This document shows, piece after piece, positions 24,055-36,446 of a stretch of 64,000 nt of DNA. How positions within the stretch are numbered: the first letter of the stretch is position 1; the number at the start of each line of letters is the position of its first letter. Source of the stretch: Octopus sinensis (lineage: Eukaryota); assembly GCF_006345805.1 (NCBI RefSeq), contig NC_043013.1:42470001-42534000 (forward strand), written 5' to 3'. The translations under genes were made by a program, and so were the position numbers. The notes under the pieces are model-generated. The model was not told the DNA's origin. It made no database searches and saw only the letters and a program-made list of their open reading frames with translations.

Positions 24055-25208
24055 TTTCTTATAGGTAATATAGATGTAAACACATCATCTGGCCATGAAT
24101 GGCATGCGTTTCTGCTCCGTTACGCTTCATCAGTTACATACATATACAGAGCCGACGTTCATGGCCACTAACAGCTGGTCGCTTTCATATATAAGAACAG
24201 CAAATGGTATATTTGTTGATGTGCAAAATGCTTTGTGAAGCTGGAAATAATTGATTTTAGATTCACTAACCCAGTGGCGTGTCTTTCACACTAAGTGTAT
24301 TGATTTCTGCAGCGTATGCCTTTCCGTGTCCCACTGTACACGAACATGTCAGATATGATTATACATAAACTGTATTTCATTCGACTCTGCTTAGTGCACC
24401 TCTGATTAAAATAAGTCATTAAACATTCGTGCACATGCATGTGTTATGTTATTCCAGAAAGTGGTTGAGAAAGCTGACAGACTGGATTCTGAGAGATTGC
24501 AAATGAAACAGAACATGACAATGAACATGATGGAGAGATGGGTTGCATAGATTGCCAAAATTGGGTATCAGGTACCCGAAAACAAATGTTATGGAATAGT
24601 CCTCTATCCAACCGTTGGAGAGTAGTCATTGGTGTGTGAGAAAGAGAGGTTAGTTGTAAGCTAAATGCCACTCAGATAAAGAATTCAAAGCGGTGTTATA
24701 TTCCATGTATAGATATCATTTATTAAAGTGATTCTTGACAAACGGCCAAATGTTTTGCTCGGGTGAGCTTTTCGTGTGAATGATCATTTGCGAGAGATGG
24801 TTTAGAATACAGTTAAATCAAGAGAAAGACAGTGTGGTTGGAAATATTTGAAAACGAAAGTGACGAGGTTAAATAATAATGTAAAAGTTAAATAATAATA
24901 TAAAAAAAATATAGAGGGAGAGAGATGAAAAAATTAACTTATAGACGAAACAGATAGAGAGTTAATATACAGATTGAGTTGAGATGACGAGAGAGGAATT
25001 TGCATGCATGTAAGTAAGGAGTAGAAGGAAGAGAGAATAGAGAAATTGAAAGATGAAACACTGTAAAGATGAATGGAGAATGAGACGAAAAACATATAAG
25101 AGTAAGCACGTAACTAGATGTAATCTCGTATTGGAACTATAAACTCAATAAGGGAATAAATTTTACTTTTACCTACTGTCTCCATCCTTTGCTTTATAAT
25201 AAAACCCC

Positions 25209-25611
25209 GGATCTTTTCGGTTTGAACGGCAGTTTTTCTAGCGGTATCATATGAAATTGTCACCCATAATTATGACCCTAGAATCGATCTATTGCATTCC
25301 AATCTCTGTTAGGGGTGAGGGAAGGGTATCTTTTTTTTTCTTCACAAATGTAAATAAACACAATCTGTTTCTTAAACGAGGGACATATTCATACGGCACA
25401 GAATGTTTTCACCCCAATAGACGTCATTGATTGGTTGAAATTGCAGAAATTGAAGAAAAAAACAACAAATATCTTACAAACTATAGAATTTTCTCAATAA
25501 AGCCAAGAGAAAAAGATGTTTTATAAACACATTCTATCAGTATACGAAGTTTAAAAGTGTTTAGTTACGTGGAAATTATTTTTAAAAATGCCGTTCAAAC
25601 CGAAAAGATCC
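25209..25611 (-). mobile_element. MITE family M, copy 4 (opposite orientation)
   Basis: TIRs as in copy 1; TSD AAAACCCC/CAAACCCC; the interior is the reverse complement of copies 1-3. Confidence 0.92.
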
Positions 25612-25694
25612 CAAACCCCTACATTTGTGAATATTTTGTCTCTTTTATTCACACTTCTGTTGCCATATAGATAGATAGATGGATGGATGGACGG

Positions 25695-25838
25695 ACGGTC
25701 TATGTTGTGACCCGGGGTTTCACATCAATAAAGTGCTTCGCTTTACATCGTTTCTTCAGACTCTAAATCCGTTGGCCTATGACCTCTCTAGCAAGTGGCC
25801 TTTATGGACGTGAAACCCAGGGTAACCCCATAGACCGT
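25695..25838. repeat. Short imperfect inverted repeat (about 39-bp arms), tiny MITE-like
   Basis: ACGGTCTATGTTGTGACCCGGGGTTTCACATCAATAAAG versus CTTTATGGACGTGAAACCCAGGGTAACCCCATAGACCGT. Confidence 0.6.
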
Positions 25839-26830
25839 TCATATCTACCTTTGTCTATATATTCCACTACTCTAGTGTGCTTCATTTTCGGATTTATATA
25901 TATTTGAAGAGTAAGCATGTATTAAAACAAGGACTGGAATACATGGCATCATTTTAATGCTACGTGCAAACAGTCTTAAAATAATTTCAGCCTTTGTATT
26001 AATACATACTCTGCAAATATTATAATTCACCTGAAATTTCAACTTGAATGATTCTTTTTTTCCATTTAAAAGGAAAAAAATATCTGCATACATACAATCG
26101 ATATCTGGAATGCGAAGATGTCTTTCATGTGGACAGTTTGGATAATCTCTTCTATGTAATAATATAATATACGCACACATGTATATATAAATTTTCTGTT
26201 GAGTTTTACACCTTAGTTATAATTTACCGTTAGCTAAACAAGCTAAATAAGATTTGTAACCTTCTAGAAATATGCTTTGCAAGCCTTGTTTCTTTTGCCC
26301 TGCTTTTTCTTTTTAACAGCCGACTCCAATACATTACACACTTTTCCCCCTAATATTTCTTATTCTCAGCTCAGTTACATATTTTGCTGTATAACTTATT
26401 CTATTTTATGGCATAACTCATTTATTACATTGCCATTTTATTGTACACTTATAATATTGCTATTTCTTATTAAATTGCCATTTCTAATGTATACCTATAG
26501 CATTGCTATATCTTAATGTTTACTGCGTATAAGGCAGTGAGCTGACAGAATCGGTAGCACGCTGGATAAAATGCTTAGCAGCAATTTGTTCAGGCTCTTT
26601 ACGTTCTGAGTTCAAATTCCGCCGAGGTTGACTTAACCTTTTTATCCTTTTGCGCCAAAATTTGAAACCATAATTTACCGCGTATTGTTTGTTCGTCCAG
26701 TTATCGTCTGTTGTTCTCCGATCTTCTGGAGTTGCACTCACTCTCTCTTTCAGAGGAGATACTGTTCATAAGCTGACACAAAGATACACACATACACGAC
26801 GGGCTTCTTTCAGCGTCCGTCTACCAAATC

Positions 26831-27201
26831 GGATCTTTTCGCTTTGACCGGCAGATTTTAAAAATAATTTTTAAAATAATCTTTTATTCATACGAACGTA
26901 ACTGATATGAAATATGTCATAAATAACAGTGACAAATTCATATGACACCGCAAATAATTGTTGTTGACAAAGATCCGGAGATATTGTCTTCACCTCAATA
27001 GACGTCATTGATTGGTTGAAATTGCCGAAATGCAAGAAATTAAACAACAAATAGCTTACAAACTACAGAATTTTCTCAAGAAAGCCAAGAGAAAAAGATC
27101 TTTTTTATAAACACATTCTACCAGTATACGAAGTTTAAAAGTGTTTAGTTACGTGGAAATTATTTTTAAAATCTGCCGGTCAAAGCGAAAAGATCCGATC
27201 C
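26831..27201 (-). mobile_element. MITE family M, second subfamily, inserted in a SINE A
   Basis: About 40-bp perfect TIR GGATCTTTTCGCTTTGACCGGCAGATTTTAAAAATAATTT; TSD ACCAAATC on both sides; an extra GATCC is duplicated at the right end. Confidence 0.88.
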
Positions 27202-27949
27202 ACCAAATCCGCTAACAAAGGTTTGGTCGGCCCGAGGCAATAGTAAAAAAAAAAATACTTGCCTCAGGTGCCACGCAGTGGAACTGAACCCGGAACCATG
27301 TAGTTGGGAAGCAAACTTCTTACCACACAGACATCCCTTTAATCCGCTTCATTTCCTACTTCGTCTCTTTTTAAACCTCCAGTCGCTTTAGAATTAAACA
27401 CCATCTTTCACATTTTAATAGTTCCGACTATTCCCCCCCCCCGCCCCCATAGCCTACTCTTAAACCAGCTGCTTAAAAATGAACCGAGTCTCATTATTTA
27501 TTACAGGTGTTCTTTCACAGTTCACCGTCAAACTCATTCCAATTTTTGAGACAAGTGTAATAAACTTGTTTCGCCACCCAGTCTAGTGAAGTTCATATTA
27601 CTGTTCTTTTGTATTTTGTTTTTAACTCTTATACCAAAAGTTATAAAATTGCCCAAGTTTCTTAACCAGTCGCCTTCACACACAGACACCATTCACTCTT
27701 CACGTACCGTGTGTTGCTGCTTCTTTCCACAAAGTCTACCAAAGTATATTATTTTTCGTTCAGTGGAGTTTAATTTTAGTTCGTTCGTTCTTATGTTGCT
27801 TTCTTTTTACCTGCTCATTCTTTCGTGTGTGTTTGTGTATTGTATGTATGTGTGTGTGTGTATGGTTGGAAAATTTTAAATGTATGTTATGTGCAGGTGT
27901 GTCTGTGTATATGCTTATGTGTATGTATATATATGTGTGTGTGTGTGTG

Positions 27950-28004
27950 TGTGTATCCAGTATACGTGTGTATGTATATATATATATATATATATCCAGT
28001 ATAC

Positions 28005-28058
<54 letters not shown>

Positions 28059-28064
28059 AGTATA

Positions 28065-28106
<42 letters not shown>

Positions 28107-28163
28107 CCAGTATACGTGTGTGTATATATATATATATATATCCAGTATACGTGTGTATATATA

Positions 28164-28195
<32 letters not shown>

Positions 28196-28246
28196 CCAGT
28201 ATACGTGTGTGTGTATATATATATTATATATATATATCCAGTATAC

Positions 28247-28297
<51 letters not shown>

Positions 28298-28387
28298 CCA
28301 GTATACGTGTGTGTATATATATATATATAATATATATATATATCCAGTATACGTGTGTGTATATATATATATATATATCCAGTATAC

Positions 28388-28435
<48 letters not shown>

Positions 28436-28442
28436 AGTATAC

Positions 28443-28490
<48 letters not shown>

Positions 28491-28508
28491 TATATATCTC
28501 CAGTATAC

Positions 28509-28553
<45 letters not shown>

Positions 28554-28615
28554 CAGTATACGTGCGTGTGTATATATATATATATATATATATCCAGTAT
28601 ACGTGTGTGTGTGTG
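27950..28615. repeat. Compound minisatellite: 14 copies of CCAGTATACG separated by variable (TG)n(TA)n
   Basis: Cores counted at about 27957, 27996, 28057, 28107, 28142, 28196, 28238, 28298, 28344, 28379, 28434, 28500, 28553 and 28594. Confidence 0.93.
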
Positions 28616-28927
28616 TAATATGTATATACATACACACACACGTATACAAATCTATAACCGTGTATCAGTTTCCGTTTCTTCCTATTTCACTATTCGTATT
28701 AGCTTATTATCATTATAACAATATTTATATTATTTTTTATGAACTTCATTTATTCCCTTAAACTATCGTTTCAATGTGAGAAGATTTCGTCTGGAATAAC
28801 AAATTCCTGCGTGCTCACACTATTCTCATCTCTTAAATATATACGTGTGTGTATATGTGTGCGTGTGTCTATATATATATACATACGCTTTATATGCATA
28901 CAACTATATCCTTGCCTTTGATATTTG

Positions 28928-28983
<56 letters not shown>

Positions 28984-29074
28984 TCACCTCACCTCACCTC
29001 ACCTCATCTCGATCTTTTATTATAATAACACTATCTTTCTATACTTTTTCAATCCCTGTGTTAATATCTTCTCT

Positions 29075-29311
29075 TATGTTGTTGACAAAATACGGCAGAT
29101 ATTGTATTCACCTCAATAGACGTCATTGATTGGTTGAAATTGCCGAAATGCAAGAAATTAAGCAACAAATTGCTTACAACCTACAGAATTTTCTCAAGAA
29201 AGCCAAGAGAAAAAGATGTTTTATGTAACATACTACCAGTATACGAAGTTTAAAAGTGTTTAGTTAGAAAGAAATTATTTTAAAAATCTGCCTGTCAAAG
29301 TGAAAAGATCC
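29075..29311 (-). mobile_element. MITE family M, second subfamily, one-ended fragment
   Basis: Matches about 26965-27196 and ends in GTGAAAAGATCC; the other TIR is absent. Confidence 0.8.
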
Positions 29312-29915
29312 ACAAATCGACCCCAGTAATTATTTTCTAAGTTTGTGTGTCTGTGTTTGTCCCCCAACCATCGCTTGACAATCAATGCTGGTGTGTTTAC
29401 GTCCCCATAACTTAGCAGTTTGGCAAAAGAGACCGATTGAATAAGTACTTGGCTTACAATTTGTTCAACTAAAGGCAATGCTCCAGCATGGCCACAGTCG
29501 AATGACTGAAACAAGTAAAGGAGTACATGCAAATGTCATATAAAAAGCACTCAGCCCACTCTATGGAATGGTTGGTGTTAGGAAGGGCATCCAGCCATAA
29601 AAAACCATGCCAAAACAGACACAGAAGCATGGCACAGCTCCTGCCTGGCCAGTTCCTGTCCAACCCATGCCAGCATGGAAGGAGGGCATTAAATGACAAT
29701 GTGTGTGTCTTTGTGTCTCTGTTTATCCATCATCGTTGCATGACAACCAGTGTTGGTGTGTTTACATCCCTGTAAACACAGTTCAGCAAAAGACACTGAT
29801 AGAATAAGTACCAGGCTTTTAAAAAAAGAAAAATTAGTAGAGGGGTTGATTCGTTAAACAAAAATTCTTCAAGGCAAATGCTTCAGGACGGCTGCAGTCA
29901 AATGACAAAAACAAA

Positions 29916-30319
29916 TCTTTATATATAAAAGAGAGGTTGTGTGCTGTCTGTCTCCTACGATTTAGATTCCTAACTACTCCCACATTTTGCGGTGCAGTTT
30001 AACCAAAACCGGGTATCTTATAGTCGTGATTCATATCGAGCCCTTCTGGGTATTAGCGCGCGTCTACAATGAGTCTACGATTTAAAAAAAAATTACCATC
30101 AATTTTTCCCATTTTTAATGCATTTTTGGCATATAACTCTCTAAAAAAGTAACTCTCTAAAAATTTTTTATTAAATCTCAGAATGTAAAAAGCTACAGTA
30201 ACACCCCCCCCCCCTTTGTGGTTAGCCATATTGAGATGGCTATTATACTTTACATCTCTAAAAATGCTTATATAGTTATTTCCCTTACAAACCCGAGCAA
30301 CGCTGGGCGATACTGCTAG
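29916..30319 (+). mobile_element. Non-autonomous Helitron
   Basis: A|TCTTTATATATAAAA 5' end, subterminal hairpin CCCGAGCAACGCTGGG and CTAG|T 3' end. It is inserted between A and T in a SINE A tail, which is restored when the element is removed. Confidence 0.85.
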
Positions 30320-30731
30320 TAAAGGATAAAAGATATGTAATCTTCCATGGTAGCACAGTTTGGATAGGACCACTAACTTGAAGCAGGATCTTACAAGCAG
30401 ATGCTCTTCCCTTCATGACTTTCAAGTAAGGGATTGCTTTTGTTTTGTTTTTTTTACTCACAGCCCTATAAAGTGTAAAGCAAATGGCCTTAATGTCAAC
30501 AAGGAGTGAAAATAGCATATCACCATATCATTCAGATGGTGACAAGTGAAAGCATGAAATGTCAACATTCACACACATAGACACATATACATCTATTCAT
30601 TAACATACACACACGCACATGTGTGTATGTACCATAATCCCTTGTCATATCACGGTTCACCTATCATGCTCTCAGTACATTCGTGGTTCACCTATTGTGC
30701 ACTCAGTACATCTTTTTCTGGCTAATATATC

Positions 30732-31125
30732 TCTTTTACTTGTTTCAGTCATTTGACTGCGGCCATGCTGGAGCACTGCCTTTAGTCGAACAAATTGACC
30801 CCAGGACTTATTCTTTGTAAGCCTCATACTTATTCTATCGGACTCTTTCACCGGACTGCTAAGTTACAGGGACGTGAACACACCAACATCAGTTGTCAAG
30901 CGATGGTGGGGGACAAACTAAGACACACAAACACACGTATACATACATACATACATTACATACATATGACGGGCTTCTTTCAGTTTCCATCTACCAAATC
31001 CACTCACAAAGCTTTGGTCAACCTGAGGCTATAGTAGAAAACACTTGCCCAAGGTGCAACACAGTGGGACTGAACCCGGAGCCATGTGGTCGTAAGCAAG
31101 CTACTTACCACATAGCCACACCTGT
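30732..31125 (-). mobile_element. SINE family A, full length, head-to-head with a + strand 5' half at about 31150-31300
   Basis: Family A sequence on the minus strand. Confidence 0.9.
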
Positions 31126-31811
31126 GCCTATATATATATATATATATATAGGTGCAGGATAACTGTGAGGTAAGAAGTTTGCTTCCAACTACATAGTGTT
31201 GGATTCAGTCCTACTGTTTGGCACCTTGGGTAAGCATCTTCTGTGGCCCCAGGATGACAAAAGCCTTATAAGACAGAAACTAAATGAAGCCCATTGTGTC
31301 TGTGTATAATGTGTGTGTCCTTGCCTTGATATTGCATGATTGTTGTATCACTATCATAGAAAAGATTTGCTTTGTTTCCATTCTTCCATGAAAACATGTC
31401 TGGCCATGGGAGAATATTACCTTACTTGGAAACAGGAGAGGGCTGGTACAGGAAGGGCATCCAGCCATACAAAATTTGCTGCAACAAAGTCCATCCAACC
31501 CATGCAAGCATAGAAAAGTGGACGGTAAATGATGATGATGGATGACTTCTGCATAGTTTCTTTCTACCAGATTCACTCACAAGAAACTCAGCAACCCAGG
31601 ATTTTTGTAGAAGACACTTGCCCGAGGCATCACGCAGCAAGACAACCTGAGGTTCAAAGGTCTGTAAAGTAGACAGGATTCAAGTGCTGCAAAATGTTGT
31701 AAAAGGAATTTAAGCAAACAGCTATGTCTGCACTGGATAATAAATTTGGAATCTTCACACTAATGCAAAGACACAATTTCATAGAGGAGCAGTGTAAATA
31801 AATGCGCCTTT

Positions 31812-32042
31812 TTAAAGCCTAGCCAGGCTCATGGGCCCAGTTTCCCGGTTTCTATGGCGTATGTGTTCCCCAGCTGGACGGGACGCCAGTCCATCACAGT
31901 GTTGTTCATTTTTGCCAGCTGAGTGGACTGGAGCAACGTGAAATGAAGTGTTTTGCTCAAGAACACAACGCATCGCCCGGTCCAGGAATCGAAACCACAA
32001 TCTTACGATCATGATGCTGACACCCTAACCACTAAGCCACGT
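31812..32042 (-). mobile_element. SINE family C, full length and young-looking
   Basis: Minus strand GCACGTGGCTTAGTGGTTAGGGTG (A box)...GGTTTCGATTCC (B box)...GTGTTCTTGAGCAAAACACTT (CORE-like). Confidence 0.88.
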
Positions 32043-32334
32043 GCAGTGTACAGTTAATCAAAACACTGCCAGTATGTACTGGTTGTTCTCCTATTTACCT
32101 CAGAAAGTTGAAAGGCAAAGTCAAACACAAGCAATTTAAATGCAAAACATAAAGAGATATCTATAAATAATCTAAGACATTACTGTTATGTTTCAATTTA
32201 GCAGTCCACACCATATCAGTATACTTGGTTGAACTAACTGTTCGTTATTTTGACAAAGTGGTCACTCTTAGAGATGGTGTGAATTTTGATGTAGTTAGAG
32301 AGAATGATTGAAGAGGTGATTTTTTTCTTTCAGT

Positions 32335-32365
<31 letters not shown>

Positions 32366-32818
32366 ACATAATTATCTTTGATATATTATATATTGGTAAG
32401 CATCTCAAAGTTGTAAATATGTTTGTTCATTTCTTTTTTCTCTTTTCGTATCTATTTTAATGTATATGTATGTGTGTGTTTGTATAAGCGTTTGTGTGTG
32501 TGTGTGTGTGTTCTTTTATTTGTTTCAGTCATTTGACTGCAGCCATGCTGGAGTACCGCCTTAAAGGGTTTTAGTTAATGAAATCTCCCCCAGGACTTAT
32601 TCTTTGTAAGCCTAGTACTTATTCTATTGGTCTCTTTTACCAAACTGCTATGTTACAGGGACATAAACACACCGATAGCAATTGTCAAGTGATGGTGGTG
32701 GGGGCAACAGACACACACACACACACACATACATACATATATACACACACATATATATATATGTATACAATCAGGTTCTTTCAGAAGCAAGCTTCTTACC
32801 ACACAGCCATGAGTGCGC

Positions 32819-32867
<49 letters not shown>

Positions 32868-34079
32868 CACACACACACACACACACACATATACATATGT
32901 TGCTGTTTTTATATGTATTTGGTGTGGCAAGTAAGAAGTTTGCTGTGCACTTACAGACCCCAGGTTCAAACCCACATGTGGCATTTTAGGCAAGAAGTGT
33001 GCACAACAATGCACACCTGAATTCTTTCAAAGTGGATTCAAGAGTTGGGGTTCAGTGAGGATGTACATGCATAGCCTGTGGTGGAGACCATGTTGGATAG
33101 TAGCTTTGTATAGAGGAAGAGTTACTCTAACAACATGTAAGATTCATATGTCCTAGAAAAGTTAATAATAATTTTTTTTAAATGGTTATGTCCACTTTTG
33201 AATTACTTTTGGTACAACTTTCCATATTATGAGGTGTATGTCTTTTATCTTTTACCTTTTGCTTGTTTCAGTCATTAGACTGCAGCCATGCTGGGGCACT
33301 GCCTTGAAGAATTTTTAGTCGAATGAATCAAGCCCAATTCTTATTTCTTTTTTTAAAGCTTGGTACTTGTTTTATCGGTCTCTTTTGCTGAACTGTTATG
33401 TTACAGTGGCATAAACATGCCAACGCCAGTTCTCAAGCAGTGGCGGGGGACAAACACAGACAAACACACACACACACAACAAGCTTCTTTCAGTTTCTGT
33501 CTGCTAAATCCACTCACAAGGATCTGGTCAACCTGGAGGCTATGGTAGAAGACACTTGCCCAAAGTGTCATACAGTGGGAAGTGAACCCAAAATCATGTG
33601 GTTGGGAAGCAATCTTCTTACCACACAGCCATGCCTGTGCCTGAGCAGGAGCATGTTTTTGAGAATAATAACGTCTAAAACACAACACTTCCCCTTCATT
33701 CACATTTGGTGAATCTAACTTTACCCAGGATGGGTTACTGGGTATTTCGACTTGAACTGTATTCCACCACCATCCCCTGCCATTAGCAGGTCAGTTGTGG
33801 TGGCCAAATTGCCACTCTCCTACTCCTTCGAGCTTTCAGCTTAGCTACTTTCTCTTGCTCCACAACCAGCAAAAAGCTTTTTCTGCTGCCTCACCAAACC
33901 TTGCAACCAGCTTCTTTTTTTTTCTATTTTCTGCCATTCCTGTGGCTGTGAGTACTCTCCGTACAGACTCAGCATGGAATCCTCTACAGCCAGTCATGAT
34001 TGGGAATAGCTATGCCTACTATCCCCTTCCCCTGCAATCTTGGAAAAGGTTCTGGCATTTGGGACTCTTCCATCCATCC

Positions 34080-34147
<68 letters not shown>

Positions 34148-34954
34148 TTACTAGGACTACTATGTATATATGATTTGGTGTGTACAAGTGTGTTTATAAT
34201 TTATTTACTCAGTTAAAGGTCCCATGTATAATCACGTTTTTTTCTTACTCCCCACCCTTGCATTTTTTATACAACTTGTTTACAAAGATAAATAAATGTC
34301 AAAATGATTCTGATTTATATGTAATACATACACATAATCACGTGTGTGTGTGTGCGCGTGTATGAATCTATATGTGTAAACACTGATCTACATCTTCAGA
34401 CTTTGATTTTGCTCAAACGAAAGTATCCCCCCTTAGTCGATTTGTAGGTTGTTTTTATTTGGTGCATTTTAAAATCTGTTTTCACTTTTATTTATTTATT
34501 CATTTATTTATTTATTTTTGCTGCACCATGAGATTTACTTGTAATTATTGATAATTGCAAAAATATATTTACAAAAGTTGAGGTAGGGGAAAGAATCTAC
34601 CAAATTTTTTATTTATTTATTTTTTTTGTTTTGTTTTGTTTTATTTTTTTTTTATTTTTCCTTATTTGACTTTTGCTATATTTCAAACAACTCCGAAATA
34701 AATCAAACCTCGCTTTTCAATCATTTAGTTTGGGGTTCAGTCCCACTGCACGGCACCTAGGTCTCATATCTTCTACAATGGTGTCAGGTTGACCTATGCT
34801 GTGTGAGTAAATTATGTTGACAGAAACTCTGTAGAAGGCTGTCATGTATGTATGTGCATATATTTGTGTGCGTGCGTGTGTTCTTTGAGAGCCACTAACA
34901 ATTACCGCTAGGTGATTTCTAGTGACTCTCAAAGGTGAGGGAAGATAATTTCGA

Positions 34955-35345
34955 GTGGCTGTGTGGTAAGTAGCTTGCTTACGAACCACATGGTTCTGGG
35001 TTCAGTCCCACTGCGTGGCACCTTGGGCAAGTGTCCTCTACTATAACCTCGGGCCAACCAAAGCCTTGTGAGTGGATTTGGTAGACGGAAACTGAAAGAA
35101 GCCTGTCGTATATATGTGTATATATATGTATGTGTGTGTATATGTTTGTGTGTCTGTGTTTGTCCCCCAACATTACTTGACAACTGATGCTGGTGTGTTT
35201 ACGTCCCCGTAACTTAGCGGTTCGGCAAAAGAGACCAATAGAATAAGTACTAGGCTTGTAAAGAATAAGTCCTGGGGTCGATTTGCTCGACTAAAGGCGG
35301 TGCTGCAGCATGGCCACAGTCACATGATTGAAACAAGTAAAAGAG
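34955..35345 (+). mobile_element. SINE family A, full-length reference-quality copy (more than 30 full or partial copies in the window)
   Basis: A box TGGCTGTGTGG, B box GGTTCAGTCCC, CORE-like CACCTTGGGCAAGTG, internal TA/TG microsatellite and tail GAAACAAGTAAAAG. Further copies at about 3490, 8257, 15815, 26790, 29310, 29700, 32510, 33245, 37925, 42030, 48360, 50405 and 63960. Confidence 0.93.
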
Positions 35346-35432
35346 TAAAGAGTAATTAATTTCTCGAGTTAATTTACAGGCTCAGGAAAGGACAATTCGA
35401 TCTTTTTATTTACTGGACAAGAGACAACTCTA

Positions 35433-35462
35433 GACACATTTCAGTCTATCACACCTCATCAG
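35433..35462 (-). ncRNA. CpG-decayed Penelope-type minimal hammerhead-like remnant
   Basis: Minus strand CTGATGA-GGT-GTGATAG-ACT-GAAA-TGTGT-C. Reversing three CpG>TpG changes gives CTGATGAGGT...ACCGAAACGCGTC. Stem I is not convincing. Confidence 0.4.
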
Positions 35463-35699
35463 TGCTGTATAGCCAGCCTAACCAAGCTGGTTCTACAGAG
35501 TTGTACATCTGAGTTATTTCTCTTAGTTCATTTTATTTTCAGCTAAACTTATATGTTTAGTGCTATTAAAAACAACTCTTACCCCATCCCAAAGATGGGC
35601 TCAGCCATACATGTGAACCTTCATGTTTCTCTCTTCCACAGGAGATGAATGTATTAAAATTTGCCAAGTTTTGGGGGTATTTTTCGCCCACTCAACCAC

Positions 35700-36075
35700 T
35701 ATTGGATTCTCAGGAATCTGGTTTTTATTTGTCATATTAAAGTCTCATGGCCCTTGATAAGTTTCTCTCATTAATGTAGAATGTCCTAATACTACTGTGC
35801 TAGAATAGAGCTAATATGTCGAATATGTATACTTTTCTAAGTAAATTCCAACTGTGATGGAGTGAACATGTAGTGCACATGCTCGGCTGCAGACTCCCTA
35901 AATAGATTTTTTTTTGGTGAACTGGCAGTTGGTTCTCAATCGCATTGTGGACCAAAGTATTGATACAAACATACTCGCAAGACGACCTTGAAAGCATGTA
36001 ACTCATTGTAGAACAGTCTACTTGGGAACGTCTTGCTCCCAAGATCACCCACTGCAGTGTAGTGCTATGTGCTCT
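35700..36075 (+). mobile_element. RTE/BovB-like LINE 3' coding remnant (different family from the PHD-bearing RTE)
   Basis: Frameshifted translation PNTTVLE*ANMSNMYTFLSKFQL*WSEHVVHM..CRLPK*IFF-GELAVGSQSHCGPK...STWERLA..DHPL, the LRW.GHV.RM...RLPK...FGEL motif of RTE C-termini. Confidence 0.65.
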
Positions 36076-36446
36076 AGTAATGATGATGGTGATGACAACA
36101 ACGACGACGACGCCACTGCTGATGCTGCTTCTTCTTTCTGCTAGAGGCACTAAGCTTGAAAGGATGAAAGATAAAGTTGACCTCAGCAGATTTTGAACTC
36201 AGACTGTAAAAACAGATGAAATACCGCCAGGCATTTCGCCTGGCATGCTAATGGTTCTGCCAGCACACTGCGTCAAATACTACTACTACTACTAATGATA
36301 ATAATAATAATAATGATCATCATCATCATCCGTTGTTGTCGATGATGACCAAGTGTGTCACATGGGAGAAGAAGATGGGTCACAGTATGTCCAGCTGCGG
36401 CCGATCAGTCCAGTGAGTGCTTGGGAGGCTCTACCACAGATTGGGC

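Noticed and set aside
27760-28761. Long ORFs (up to 293 aa) and a CRISPR-like repeat-spacer look
   Set aside because: The ORFs are translations of TA/TG microsatellite. The spacers are simple repeats rather than unique sequence, there are no cas genes, and the DNA is eukaryotic.
34955-35030. tRNA-gene-like heads of SINE families A, B and C
   Set aside because: A and B boxes are present, but there is no complete cloverleaf or T-run terminator and they continue into SINE bodies; not called as tRNA genes.
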